Below are positions 11,154-22,939 of a DNA stretch of 64,000 nucleotides, piece by piece (position 1 is the stretch's first letter; each line of letters begins with the position of its first letter). The notes under the pieces were generated by a model. That model was not told where the DNA came from. It was given only the letters and a program-made list of their open reading frames with translations, and did no database searches. Source of the DNA: Psammoneis japonica (lineage: Eukaryota); assembly GCA_008632985.1 (NCBI GenBank), contig QPGO01000072.1:1-64000 (forward strand), given 5' to 3'. Both the position numbers and the translations under genes were made by a program.

Positions 11154-12752
11154 TCACAAAATTTGTCCAGCTGGCAAGCAGTCTTCTAGCTCTGGGGCAT
11201 GCAAGCCAAGTCCATTTCCTGTTTGGGATCCATTCACGCACGTGTGGACATTGTGGAGAAGAAGACCTGCACGCAGCTGCGCAAGGACAAAATCGTGGTC
11301 TTGTTCGAGCTTGAATTGTTCCTTGCGATTCACCAAGGCGCAGATGTTGACCTCACCCGCGCATCCCCACTCCACAGATTGACGGCATTGCTTCATCACC
11401 CCATTTTCTTGAACTTGACAAAGAGGAAGAACAGGAACTAATCTCGTGGGCTCGTGTCCAGTGCAAATGCAGTGCCAGACACCTTTGAAGGCTGAGTCTC
11501 CGTAAAAAGCACACACCTTTCCTTGAAGTTCCGGGCACGCCTCTTGAACAACACAAAGGAAAGTGTCAATTTCACTCCTTGTGAGCGCTCCACTGTCGTG
11601 ACTGGAGAAACACGGAATGGCAAGAACATTTTAGACATGTGATGCGACGCAGCAGAACAATGTTGGAACTCGGATGCACTCACGGTTTGGATGACATGGG
11701 CCCACAAGCGTGCGCATGAACTCCATTTGGAAGGAACAAATTGAACATCTTGAGAGCATGCTTTTTAGACTTCCCAGTGTGCACACAACGTTGAGCCTCA
11801 TCATGTCCCGGGCGATGCATGCTTCCCTCGTAGTCTCCATCAGGGCCCGTTCGTGGTGTTGCAACTGCACAGTCTTTGCAATCGGCAGAGCCGCATGCCA
11901 CAAAAGAGCCGGGTGCAAAGTGAACTCCAGGACAAAAATGTTCCTCTTCCGTCTCGGGGTCAATCAACGTGACATCTCTTCCAACTTCCTGACAAATCGC
12001 CTCCACAAAATCTGGAAAGTGTGGCATCCACAGTCGCAGACCGTGTGGTCCAAGCAGACATCCATGTCTCGAATCAAAATGCCGCACGAAATGCTTGAAA
12101 CCATGTGACCATTTCATCGCTTCCCCAGAGATGCCATTGTTGGCTAACTCTTTGTGTGTCTCCCCTCGCTTGTGCTTGATTGGTGAACAGATCAGCAAGT
12201 TCTCGCGATGAAAATGCAAGTGGCCTTGGTTCCCAGGACGGGGCACACGAACAATGACTGGAAGATCCAGCAGATCCAACATTTCTTGGAGCTCAACCTT
12301 GGAAAACGTGGTAAAATCATTTGCCTCACTGTCATCTTGGAAGCTGTCAATTCTTGTGAATCGACAGATTTCCTTGTACGGAGTGGTTTCGAGTTCATGG
12401 TCTTGCAGGTCTCCGACCTCTGCATCAACCTGCACCGCGTTGTGGAAATGCAGCATGCACGTTCGACATGAGCCTGTGCACAATTGCAGGCAAACGTCTG
12501 CTTGAGCAATTTGGGGAGACATTTCCATGTCATTTTTGGATAAGGAGCTGCGACCTTTGTGCAACCAACATGATCGTGGAGTTTAGATGCTCTTGCGCGT
12601 TCTCCAGAGCACACATGGCCGCCGACATTGCTTCTCGACAAAGAAGTTGATCGTCGACATTAACTCCAAATGTCTTTCTCCTTTTCTGTGTTGTCCATCG
12701 TGTGGGCTTGCGACGTCTCTTACCCGTAAAGGGATTGATAAGCATCGCCATT
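11154..12752 (-). pseudogene. Harbinger-type DDE transposase (DDE_Tnp_4-like), hypermutated
   Basis: Motifs ADCK, AQRCVHTGKSKKHALK..FLPNG...CGP, FYGDSAF, RQSVEWG and LLHNVHTCVNGSQ. Intron 11602-11683 joins ORFs 11680..12564 and 11154..11516 in frame. N-terminal frame break near 12540. Confidence 0.85.
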
Positions 12753-13111
12753 GCGGCTCGACGAGACTGGAACAAGAAACAGAATGAGATGCGAGAAATG
12801 GCGCGCCACATTCATGTCGAAAAGAAGGAATCTAAAAACGAGCGTCTGATTAAAATGACTAAAGTTTGATCGAACGAAAGGAACAGGTCGCGAATTGAGA
12901 AATCGCAAAAAACAAAATTCCATTTTGTGACGTCGGCGCTTCAACTAGGGCTAAAAAAATCGAAGCCAACAGTGAATAGCAAATAGCAAACAGGCGCAAT
13001 CTGCAATCTGTCACTCTACTGTGTATCATGGTACAACAACAAACTGAAGAGAAAAAAGACGACCGTTTGGGCTTACCATGTAGTGAGAGTAATACCGTAG
13101 AACAGTAAGGT

Positions 13112-13672
13112 ATGCTATCCCAATGCTTCAGACGATCGCTACTCGCATGCTCCAAAGTGGACGGCGCGTTCATTGGAACACCGGCACGAACAACGGCAAT
13201 GGCAGCAGCAGCAGCCATCCAAAGTCGAAGTCTGGGTGGAGGGCCGCGAAACCTCGAGCACAAGAGACCAACGAGGAAACCGCAACTGAAGCCGATACCG
13301 TTGCCCAAGGAAGAGAAGAAATCAAAAGCACCAAAAGCTCCCCCTGTCTACATTCAGCTGCCTCGTACAACGTTAGAACAAGTACCCGAAAACCTTCAGC
13401 CGTACGTTGAAAAATTGAAGGTCTATATCACACAAGAGTGGCTCAAAAAGTATCCAGATGGCGCCAAACTCAACAAGCTGAGACGAGATATTGCGTTTCG
13501 AATGAAGAAGGGACCGAAAAGAAAGCTAACCGACGACGAGCTTAAAGCCGTTCTGGGGACGCTCGAGGAGGGAGCCTTTCGAATGCGCAAAAATAGGTCC
13601 AATGCTTTCGTTGTTCTTCCCCCGGAAAAGGGGCAACCTAGAGAACCTGAAGCACCTTTTACTGGACAATAG
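13112..13672 (+). CDS. Basic hypothetical protein with a probable mitochondrial presequence
   Basis: 186-aa ATG ORF; Arg/Ser/Leu/Ala-rich N-terminus (MLSQCFRRSLL...QSRSL); normal TA content. Confidence 0.6.
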   Translation: MLSQCFRRSLLACSKVDGAFIGTPARTTAMAAAAAIQSRSLGGGPRNLEHKRPTRKPQLKPIPLPKEEKKSKAPKAPPVYIQLPRTTLEQVPENLQPYVEKLKVYITQEWLKKYPDGAKLNKLRRDIAFRMKKGPKRKLTDDELKAVLGTLEEGAFRMRKNRSNAFVVLPPEKGQPREPEAPFTGQ

Positions 13673-14279
13673 ATGAGTAAAGTACTATCTATTTTGTGTT
13701 TTGATCGCCGCTGATTACGAGAAGGAGCATCACATATAGTTAGTCATTGATTTTGCGATTGCGCGTGATGTGTTCAGCAATTGTGCAGCAAATCATTTGT
13801 GCCAGGCGTATTAGGAACAGATGCATGGCCAGTAAGAAAAGTCAGTTCAGGAATATTTTCAGGACTGACACCAGCCAGTTTCATATCCAAGTCGCGGTTA
13901 AGCAACTAGCTCCTTCATCATCAAGCAAGGCGGTGTCAAAGAAATGCCCTTCCCGCAAATCTGAAAGAAGCACAACCAAACAGACAACATACCGTGCTCC
14001 TGTTTCATGGGCAACCAGACAAGAACTTTCAGTTCATGACACTCACGGATGGATCCAAACCAAAGGTTGATGACAGTCCTCAACTTCCGAAACGCCCGTT
14101 TCCTGAGGTCCAACGCAACCAAAATAATTTCCACCCAGACACAGAGAATGAATTAATGGCCACGATGGGTTCCTGCTGTCTCCTTCATTCAAATCCTGAT
14201 GCTTTGATTTCATTAAACACATCATTCTCAATCAACAGCAACTTATTTAGAGACTCAAAATCAACAGTCGAGAATTCTG

Positions 14280-14385
14280 CTCAACAAGAGGAGGAGGATG
14301 AAATGATGAATAGCGAGGACGATACAGAAGATGAAACAGATGAATATGGTGAATACGATTATTAGTTATTTGTGATCCATTGCTT
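14280..14385 (+). repeat. Diverged duplicate of the 3' end of the first gene (~1355-1476)
   Basis: Shared acagatgaatatggtgaatacgattattagttatt(a/t)gtgatccattgctt; both frames end DETDEYGEYDY*. Confidence 0.9.
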
Positions 14386-14596
14386 CAAAATCTCGTTCAC
14401 CAACTTTGTCCCTGTAAGAAGTGCGCTGTACCAGAGGGATTGCAATTATTTACATGTGGCGAGTACTTATCGTACGACTACGAGTATCCCCTTCGATACA
14501 TTTGAATGTGGAGTTGCCCTGTTACTAACATGCTTGCCTGGATGGCGAACCTAGCAAGGAAATTCTCACGAGTAGTCGTCTTGGAGACGCGTACTA

Positions 14597-15844
14597 CTAG
14601 AATCCAGACATTTCCGTTGGGGTCTCAGCTTCCTCACCATTCATGGCGTTGATGGCGTCACTCCATTCCTTCCAGTATTGCCTTTTCCTTACTACCACCG
14701 AGTCTTCTTCTTCTTCGTAACTCAAATGAGGAGACACAACCTCAATGCCTTGAGACGCATAATCCTGACAAGCCTGCATGACAGTAACGTGGGTTGCTTC
14801 ATCCGCCGCAATGTTTTCAAACACATCCAAAAGGTTATCACAAGGAGGACGACGGCTGCCAGGAGGACGGTTGATTTGAAAGTCGTCAAAGTAAAACAAG
14901 TCACCAGTAGAATAATAGCTCTTTGCCACAATCGGCGGTGATAGTTTCTTGAGGCGGTCTCGATTCTCACGCACAAATGTACTGTACGTGTCCACAGCGT
15001 GAGCTTCCAAGAGCTCCATAAATTGATAGGCTACCCTAGGTGAAAACAAAAACACAGCCACAAGGAACCAGTAGTACCCAATGGCGACATGATAGCCCAA
15101 GAAGCGATCGAACCACGCTCGGTTTCCGCCTAAAGACTCCATAATTAAAAGGTGATGCAACTCATTCCACTCTTGAGCGTTATGAACTCGACGAAGCTCA
15201 ACTCCTCTCCACCAACCTAGTGACTCATAAAAGTGTAACATGGTGACATAAGAAAAGTAGGGGATTCTTGCAATGGTTTCCAGAAACCAGAATCGCTGAA
15301 TCGGTCTCTCATCAAAGAGTTCATCGAGAAAGAAACATCCTACATCGTACAGCCACTGACTGACGGGATTCGCATCGACTCCTTTGCCGTCTGCAATTCT
15401 CTTTCGTTCCGTTTCCTTCACAGCCTCGTTGGACAGACGCAAACAGAGGCTTCCGGGAAGCGCATACGGATCCTTCTTGACAAGGCCAATCGTTCCGGCA
15501 ACATCTTCCAAGAGTCTGGCGCTCTGACGCTGAAAGTTATTAATGGATAGTTGAAATGCTGAACCAGGCTTGGATTGGACGCTGTAATTCTCATACACGA
15601 CATTGACATACTCGTCCTCACACGGCAAACAACCGTCTTTTTCCGTCTCCGTGCTTGCAACAAAGATTCTACTGCTGCTCGATGAAGTCTTGACTGGCAT
15701 GATTACTTGAGAAATCGACGGACGAACTACAAAAGCCGACAACGGCTTCATGATGAGACCCGCACTCACAAGGAACATAGCAAACTTGGGGCATACCAGA
15801 CGCCTCGTTATTGTCGGCATGCGACTTCCGCACGTCACCAACAT
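14597..15844 (-). CDS. PTOX: Plastid terminal oxidase (alternative oxidase family di-iron protein)
   Basis: RFWFLETIARIPYFSY, EWNELHHLLIMESLGG, ELLEAHAVDTY and IAADEATH; LSAF-type bipartite presequence. True start may be a downstream Met. Confidence 0.9.
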   Translation of the reverse strand: MLVTCGSRMPTITRRLVCPKFAMFLVSAGLIMKPLSAFVVRPSISQVIMPVKTSSSSSRIFVASTETEKDGCLPCEDEYVNVVYENYSVQSKPGSAFQLSINNFQRQSARLLEDVAGTIGLVKKDPYALPGSLCLRLSNEAVKETERKRIADGKGVDANPVSQWLYDVGCFFLDELFDERPIQRFWFLETIARIPYFSYVTMLHFYESLGWWRGVELRRVHNAQEWNELHHLLIMESLGGNRAWFDRFLGYHVAIGYYWFLVAVFLFSPRVAYQFMELLEAHAVDTYSTFVRENRDRLKKLSPPIVAKSYYSTGDLFYFDDFQINRPPGSRRPPCDNLLDVFENIAADEATHVTVMQACQDYASQGIEVVSPHLSYEEEEDSVVVRKRQYWKEWSDAINAMNGEEAETPTEMSGF

Positions 15845-16352
15845 CGTCTAAGCTAGGGCTAATCTCTAATCTTTGCGCTGGCTAATGTTGTCATGTTTCG
15901 CGCTCTAAAAAATCAAAATCTGGTTCGGAACAATGCCGGAACAACGTCGAATTCTTGTCTGTTCTGCCACGTCACTCATTGATGTTGAAGTATCATCCAA
16001 AGAGATGCGATTTTGCTCCAAAACCTAAACACACAACTACACTCTCTAGCTATAGACAGGTAGAGAGTACGAACCTATTTTCCGCAAAAGCTCTAATGTC
16101 ATGCTCTCTGGAGACAGAGCTAGAAGGCCCAGTTTTCTCGAGACTCACGACCGTCAATGAGAACTTCTTGGACCGTCGCGTGACCAAGGAGCAAGGAAAG
16201 CTCTGATGTGCTCTCTACTAGAGTAGAAGTACTGTAGCTGCATACCCTCTGTAAACATAGTACTAGAGTGGTTCTTTAACAGTTATAAATTTTAGTAGTC
16301 TCACATTGTAATAGTTCGTTAACACAATCACACAAGCATATTCTTTAGTCCA

Positions 16353-19300
16353 TCAAGCTGTCTTCATCTTTTGCGCCTTCACAAACAGCGAGGCAAATGC
16401 ATACGGTCCACATCTAGTATGCATTGAATCAAATAGAGCGACACTTCGATAGCCTTCCCGCATACACGAGACTGGAACAGAAGCAGCCGCAATAAAGTCA
16501 TCCACTCCATCTGATCGCTTCTCCCATACCGAAAACAAAACCATAGCAACAGAAGGGCTCGTGACGGTAAAGTTAAATTCGCCTGAATTCCACACGGGAT
16601 TGAGACCATTTCGTCGTGCCGTCTTGGTTACAAATACAGAATCTGATCTCATGGGCTTTCTACTCCCATCATGCAAGGAGACCTTTACAAAGGGACTGAC
16701 TGAATGAGCGGCTCCCACCACAGAAGAAACAGATTTTTTTCCCGCACATGATTCTGGCTTTGGAAGGCACACGCCACTGAGAACTTCAAATTTCCAAATC
16801 TCCTCAGCCTCGGCAACTTGATCCATTGTGTCGTCAATCAAGTACTCGGGTTTCAAAACGTACCCACAGGAACCATTCTCTCGAAACCGACCGTCATTCA
16901 AAAGCAGTTTCTCGTCGACACAATGAGAATTTATTGATACAAGTTGGGTACCCGTTTCCCACTGAAACACCGGGTCATTGTTAAGAAATGACATCCTCCG
17001 CGACGGAAAGGTCCTTAGCAAATGGTTCATAGTAAAGTCGATGCATTTCTTCTTCCACTCAGGGTCCTTCACCTGCTCTATCATTTGTTGTGGCATGTTG
17101 TGGGTGTGGGTAGTGGGTAAGGCTAAGCTTTTTGTCCACGACTTGTGTTTTGAAGTATGAAATAGTGTCTGGCTCGCAAGAGTCGTGGAAATGTGAGAGA
17201 TCTTGTCCATCTGATCCTTGTACTCCTGCGCAAGCTTGGCCGCTGTAATCTTTTCATTAGCGTTTTCCTCGGCCATATCTGCAAGGATCTTTGCTTGATC
17301 AGCCTGTTGACGAGTTATCAGAGCCTTGTCATAGGCGTGAGCAGCAGTCCGTTCCGCTAGTCGTTCAGCATTTGCTCGTTGAATGTCCAGGACCACTTCG
17401 CGTTTAGCATTTGAGAGGACCTCCGAGGAAGTGTCAAGGAGGCGTTTGGCATCTGCTGCTTTCTCATCCGCTTCTGCCTTCGCTTCCAAGGCGGCCTCGT
17501 AAGCCTTGGCTGCTTCTTCCTTTGCCTTTGTCTTTTCTTCCACGTTCTGTCGCTCTCTCGTGTGGTCCTTTGCTCTAGCAGCGTCCCTTGCTAGTTGCTC
17601 AGCGCGCTTGCGACTTTCCACAGCTACACTGGCTGCTTCTGCAGATGCGCGTTCTGCTTGTGCTAGCTGCTCTGCTACACTAGAACGTTGTGTCGTTCTT
17701 TGTTCGACTCCGCTCTTGGCTTTTTCGCGAGCCGTATGCCGAAGATTTGCAGCTTCTCGTTCTTCTTCGGCATGCTCAGCAATTTCCTCTGCCGCGTGCG
17801 AGCTTCGATCTGCCTTCCGCCGAGCTGCCATGGCCACATCAGCTTGTTTCTTCCATTGACGACATTTTTCTTCGTACTCAGCCTGTAGACGCTCATATTC
17901 CACATCTGCTGCCCTGCTTTCCTCCTTGGCCTCGTTAATCAAAGTTTCGCAAACACCTCGTTCTTCCACCTTGGCAGCGTGCTTAGCCATAAATCTGCTA
18001 GCATGGCGAGGAACAGACTCCAAATCATCCTGTACATTCTGCTCCGAAGCTTCTTGCTTCTCTTTCTGAAACTGTGTACTCGTCTCAATCAGCTTAATTT
18101 GCTCATTGACTCTGTCCAGCATTGCCACCGCTTTTCCCAGGCGATCTTTTGCATCCCTCGCTGCTCGTTGAGCATCAAAGCACTGGTCGTTACAAGCTGC
18201 TGCTTCCTTTTCTAACGTTTCTTCCTTGTGAGTTTCTGCGTCTGCTCGTCCTCGGTCCTTGTCAGCGGCAGCCATAGCACGTGCCGCCCGAGCTTCCAAT
18301 TCAGACGCTCGTTGCTCGCTAATTTTCGCTTCAGCCATAGCCGTGACAACCACAGTCTCAGCGCTTGATTCACTTTCCTTGTAATTGGTAAGTAGTTCTC
18401 GTACTGTTTCCACCCTCTGTCGCGCTGTATCTGCATGTTCTCGGTTAGCTCGGGCTTCTGCAGCGGCGCGTCGAGCGGCCTCTGACGTCTTGGCAGCCAT
18501 AATATGAGACTCCTCCAGCGCCACTTCTGCGTCTGATAGTTCCGTTTTGCATTTATTCAATTTCTGAAGCGCATCCGCACACCGCTCAGCAGCATCCAGC
18601 GCGCCGGCGTCAGCTTCCGTGAAACTCCACTTGGCACTGCTGACTGTGTTGGCAAAGAACTCTTGCACTTCCAAGCCCTCAGCATCGTTTCTCTGTTTGT
18701 TGAATGATTCCAGATCGACTTCTGTCCCTTCGCCTGGTGCCTCTCCCTCACTCGGGGACGAAAGGACTCCCTTTTCCCGCAATTCCTCGGGCGAAACATC
18801 AAGCTCTCCCATTAATTCAGCAGCCAGTGCTTCGGCTTGAGCAGCCTCCTTTAGCAGTTCATCAGCTCGCGCTTTGGCTTTTCTCATTTCGACCACTGCT
18901 TCCTCTTGTTCATGTTGTGCTGAAATCAGCAGATCACGAGGATGTCGCTCGTATTCACCTTCCTCAGTCGACAAAACGGGTCCTGACGACTCAAAGCCAA
19001 CGACGAAACCAACTTCTTCTTCTACCACGTCTTCCGTCACATTGGCATCGTATTCCTCCTCCATTACAACGTCGTTTTCGTCATCAAAATCGTCGTTAAG
19101 GACAGTGGCACCGTCCTTGATATCCTTGGGGCGCTTTCCTCGGACGACTACTAGACCCCTCAGATTCTCCGGTGTGGGTAGAGCCTTGTGACTGTTTAGT
19201 AATTCGGATGAACGAGGCACATAAAGCAAATTCGCCGCTCCCAAAATGTCATTAAGTTTGTGCGCCATTACTTCTTGAAATTTCAAGGTGCAGTGGTTTT

Positions 19301-20921
19301 CAATATTGAGAATAATGGGAAATGAGTCGGGGTTGCTTTCCAGAAATTCACGAACCAAAAGAAGAATCTTGGAAAAGGGAATCGCTGGATGCAGCTGTTC
19401 CCCGACGATTTCAGGTCGCCCGCTGACAACGGGTTCATTGACAGTTTCTCCATCCCATGTGACAAGCTCTAAACATCGTACACCACGATAGAGAGCCATT
19501 TGATAAGAGTGCAAGTCCAGTTCATGATACTCCTCTCCACCCTCTCTGGCGTGCGACAGTTTCGCTAGAAAAGTGTCGTGGCTAGTGTTGATCCAGTAAT
19601 GGCTGAGCGGCTGAAACATTTTGTTCTGGGTCATTGTGCCCTTGTGCGGGTCCATAATATCATTTGTATCCGACATCAAGTAAGAAAGAAACCGTGATTT
19701 GCTGATTCGCTGCGTCTTGGGATCATTGAGATGGTCTGCCTCGTCCTCCAAAGTTTGTTGTCTGTTTAGGATTCCAAAGGTATCAACCACATGCTCCAAT
19801 TGCGTCTTGTACTCCTTTTGGTTGGAACGTACAAAACTCAAAAACGCCACGGCTGAAACACTTTGCTCCACATCTTCGCCCTCAATTTCCAATTCCAAAT
19901 GGTCGCCCTTGTTTGTCGTCCCCATTTTCGACGTGGGAACAGGATCGGTATCGCAAATATCATTCCACACTCGCGTTAGAGGATCGTCGTCGGGCTTCAA
20001 ACCAATCACATGCAAGGAGGCAGCTTTCATATCATCCACCAACTCTCCCGTCTCCTCCAAGGTCAAGTCTTCCACCTCCAGCTCTTTTAAATAGTCTCGA
20101 TAAAAGTGATTCAGGTGAGACTTTTTCAGCGGCATATTCATCTTTTCTGCCAGCGTGCTCCATTCTCCTGCCGTCAGCGTGTGGTCCAATTCTTTGCCCA
20201 TATCAATCCAATGATACTGCATCAATAGCAAGTCATGATCGTAGCGTCTCTTTTCCTCGTGCCAAAGAGCCAGTAAATCTTCCAAGACGACAACCAACAA
20301 GTTGTAGTCGGACTCTCTCGGAACAACAATATCCAACGTTTCAAAGCGATTGGGAAACTTATTTTGTTTCGACCCTGCCAAACCTTCCATCAGAGAACCA
20401 TCCGATGATACACGATACACAATACTTAATGACTTGTTTACGTCCTTGGCAACGAGCGGTTCTTCCGAACTGCGCTCATAACAAAAAAAGAAGCAACAGA
20501 AAGTTAGAGTCAGACTTCTAAAAACACATGTTTGTTCTAAAGAATTCGTTTCTTACCAAGCATGATCAAACCGCTTCGTCACTTGTCCTTTATGAATTCG
20601 ATCAATCGTACTGACATCAATACCACGAGCTGTCGCTTCCATCCCCTTTCCTCGATTCATTAATCCCCGAAACGATTTGATGCGGTTCGTCGTCACGTAC
20701 AAACAACGATTGTCCGGACTGAGGGCGATTCGACGAGATTGTAACTTTCCGTACTTTGTCACCTTTAAGACATCAATCCCAGCCGTGGCACTGTCCTTCA
20801 TGGTACGACGTTCATCCACCTTGAGTTTCGATGCCGCTGCATAATTCTTGACAGTCCTTTTCGACGACGTGGCTGTCGGGAGCGGACGTAATGCCGCTTG
20901 ACCACTAAACGCGCTAGCCAT
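16353..20921 (-). CDS. Phosphoinositide phospholipase C-like protein (PH-EF-X-coiled coil-Y-C2); exons 20921..20557 and 20469..16353
   Basis: X box (PLSHYWINTSHDTFL, GVRCLELVTWDG, FPIILNIENHC), Y box (RTFP, NDGRFRENGSCGYVLKP), C2 (NGLNPVWN, MREGYRSVALFD). PH-like first exon spliced in frame. Confidence 0.9.
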
Positions 20922-21544
20922 TTGTTGATTTTTTTTTTAATGAAAATGAAAACAAACTTGAAGAATCCAGTAGAGTCAATCAATCCGTTGCTTTACATGT
21001 GTTGCACTTCTCAGGCCGGCAGTGAATACTGTAACAGCAACGTTGATGTGTTCGCAGTTCGCAGTGCCGGTTGAATTTTTTCGCCAAGCAGAAAGCAAGA
21101 AGGATCCCGCGTGCATGACGTGCGCAACTCGAGACTCAACGCATGTGTGAGTGTGTTTGATAACATTCATTTTGGAATAAATATCATTTATTTATGAAAA
21201 CTTAAGCTCTATTTACTTTACATTGAAAATATCGTTAAGTATGAAATTTCCTTCCGAGAACTCCTCCAATAGGCATCTCCAGAAATTTATGCCTACATTT
21301 CACTTCCGCATATCAGTTATTCTGCCATGAGGAAAGGATGGATTCCATCTGTGAGCGAAAATCTGTTGGCGCGCCAAGCTCTCTGCCATGATGGCGTTGT
21401 TGGCGTGCGCCTGAAATTCATTTTCCGAGGATGCGTTGATTGATTGTATCTGTTGCATTCCCTGCGAGCGACGAGTTGGGCATTGTGTAACATAATATAT
21501 TGTGACGCGCAACGCATTCAACATGAAGAAACTTTCAACAATCC

Positions 21545-22939
21545 ATGATTTTGCCACCGCGCTCTTGGTGGAAGAGGAGCGGAGGGTGCAAATTGCGATT
21601 CGTGTTTTTATTCTTGCAGCCACTGAAACGTTGTAGTATGCGATGCAATGGAGGACAGCAATGGCGATTTGAGCTTCTTCGATTGGTGATGGATGAAAGC
21701 TGGGACGAAGCCATGGATCTCGTGTCGAGAACAACGTCCCAAGAGGAGATTCGCAGGCTTGCCGTGACACCAGACCAAGACGGATTCGTGGCTCTTGATT
21801 TGGTGTGTGACGAAACGTGTCGGATGATTGCTTCAGCAGAGGAACTTCTCGTACTGTTACTCGAAAAGAACCCTCAGCTTTTGAATGTTGTCTTTAGCGA
21901 TGGTCTGATGCCTTTGGAAAGGTTGGTGTGGTGGGTGTCCATTAAAACATTGCGTATGATGTTGGAGATGATGCTTGAGAACACAATGATGAAAGAGAAA
22001 CTCGTCAAGCTCCATCGGGTTTATACAAGAAGAAATGGAGAGTTTTGTTCACGAAACGTCTATACAAACGCTTTGGTTGAGCTATGTGGCGACGACTGCA
22101 TGGGACGTTATATTTTGGAATCGCATTCACTCCTCGTCCGTGGCGAGGAACAAACAACAGACAATACGAACTGGACACGTTGTGCCGACTTTTGGACGCG
22201 TCTCATCCTAATGCTAACGGCTCTATACTATGGAACACTTTGCACATCCCACCTGGACGAGACACGGTTTGATTACATCCATGCCTGTGCTGGAATCGCG
22301 CATTGTCCGCCGCATTTGCTTCGTCTTGTTACTGTGGCGTTCCCGCAAGAATTGCGCAAAGAAGACGTCAAGGGAGATTTACCAATCCATGTGGCTGCTG
22401 CGTCCTCGTTTCCGTTCGGTATGAAATTCGAATCTGGACGCATGGGAGAAGCAGTTGACGAAGACGCAATAAAGCGCAACGAAGCGTCAGCAAGCTCGGG
22501 CGATCAAGGCCAAGTTGGAGAAACCCCGGATGAAGAAAATGACACAGTTGATAACATTGCTGATCCGACAAACAACATACATGTTTGTGGTACTATGAAA
22601 ACCACCATGGATATTCTGGTACAAGCCGACCCTGACTCAGCTCGAATTTGTAATCGCAGTGGACGGCTTCCTCTCCATTTGGCGATTGAAAGCGGAAGAG
22701 AGTGGGACAGCGGCATTGATACCCTTTTAGAGGCCTATCCTGAAGCTATTGACATGAAAGACAACAAGACGGGCCTCTTTCCCTTTATGCTTGCCGCCGC
22801 CGACAGCACTTCGTCCTTGACTACGGTTTACCAAATTGTTCGTGCATGCCCCGACTCCAAAAACTACACAATCCATGACGACCAATCGCGACATGAAGAC
22901 CATGCTCTTCCTCAAGCAAAACGTACAAGGCGTGAGTGA
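21545..22939 (+). CDS. Ankyrin-like repeat protein
   Basis: GDLPIHVAA, GRLPLHLAIESG and TGLFPFMLAA motifs; start codon uncertain. Confidence 0.75.
   Translation: MILPPRSWWKRSGGCKLRFVFLFLQPLKRCSMRCNGGQQWRFELLRLVMDESWDEAMDLVSRTTSQEEIRRLAVTPDQDGFVALDLVCDETCRMIASAEELLVLLLEKNPQLLNVVFSDGLMPLERLVWWVSIKTLRMMLEMMLENTMMKEKLVKLHRVYTRRNGEFCSRNVYTNALVELCGDDCMGRYILESHSLLVRGEEQTTDNTNWTRCADFWTRLILMLTALYYGTLCTSHLDETRFDYIHACAGIAHCPPHLLRLVTVAFPQELRKEDVKGDLPIHVAAASSFPFGMKFESGRMGEAVDEDAIKRNEASASSGDQGQVGETPDEENDTVDNIADPTNNIHVCGTMKTTMDILVQADPDSARICNRSGRLPLHLAIESGREWDSGIDTLLEAYPEAIDMKDNKTGLFPFMLAAADSTSSLTTVYQIVRACPDSKNYTIHDDQSRHEDHALPQAKRTRRE

Larger units (their letters stand above)
8966..13017. mobile_element. 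PIF/Harbinger-superfamily DNA transposon (two convergent genes)
   Basis: Perfect 15-bp TIRs AGAGTGACAGATTGC (8966-8980) and GCAATCTGTCACTCT (13003-13017), plus an inverted subterminal TGTTTGCTATTTGCT. 3-bp TSD ACT at 8963-8965 and 13018-13020. DDE transposase on the minus strand and a second gene on the plus strand. Confidence 0.92.

Noticed and set aside
1544..12811. Dense overlapping Cys/His-rich ORFs in all six frames
   Set aside because: By-product of TpA loss, which removes TAA/TAG stops and enriches TGY/CAY codons; not metal-binding proteins.
13994..14365. Independent 123-aa gene
   Set aside because: GTG start, and only the tail is recognisable, as a copy of gene 1's end; treated as a duplication remnant.
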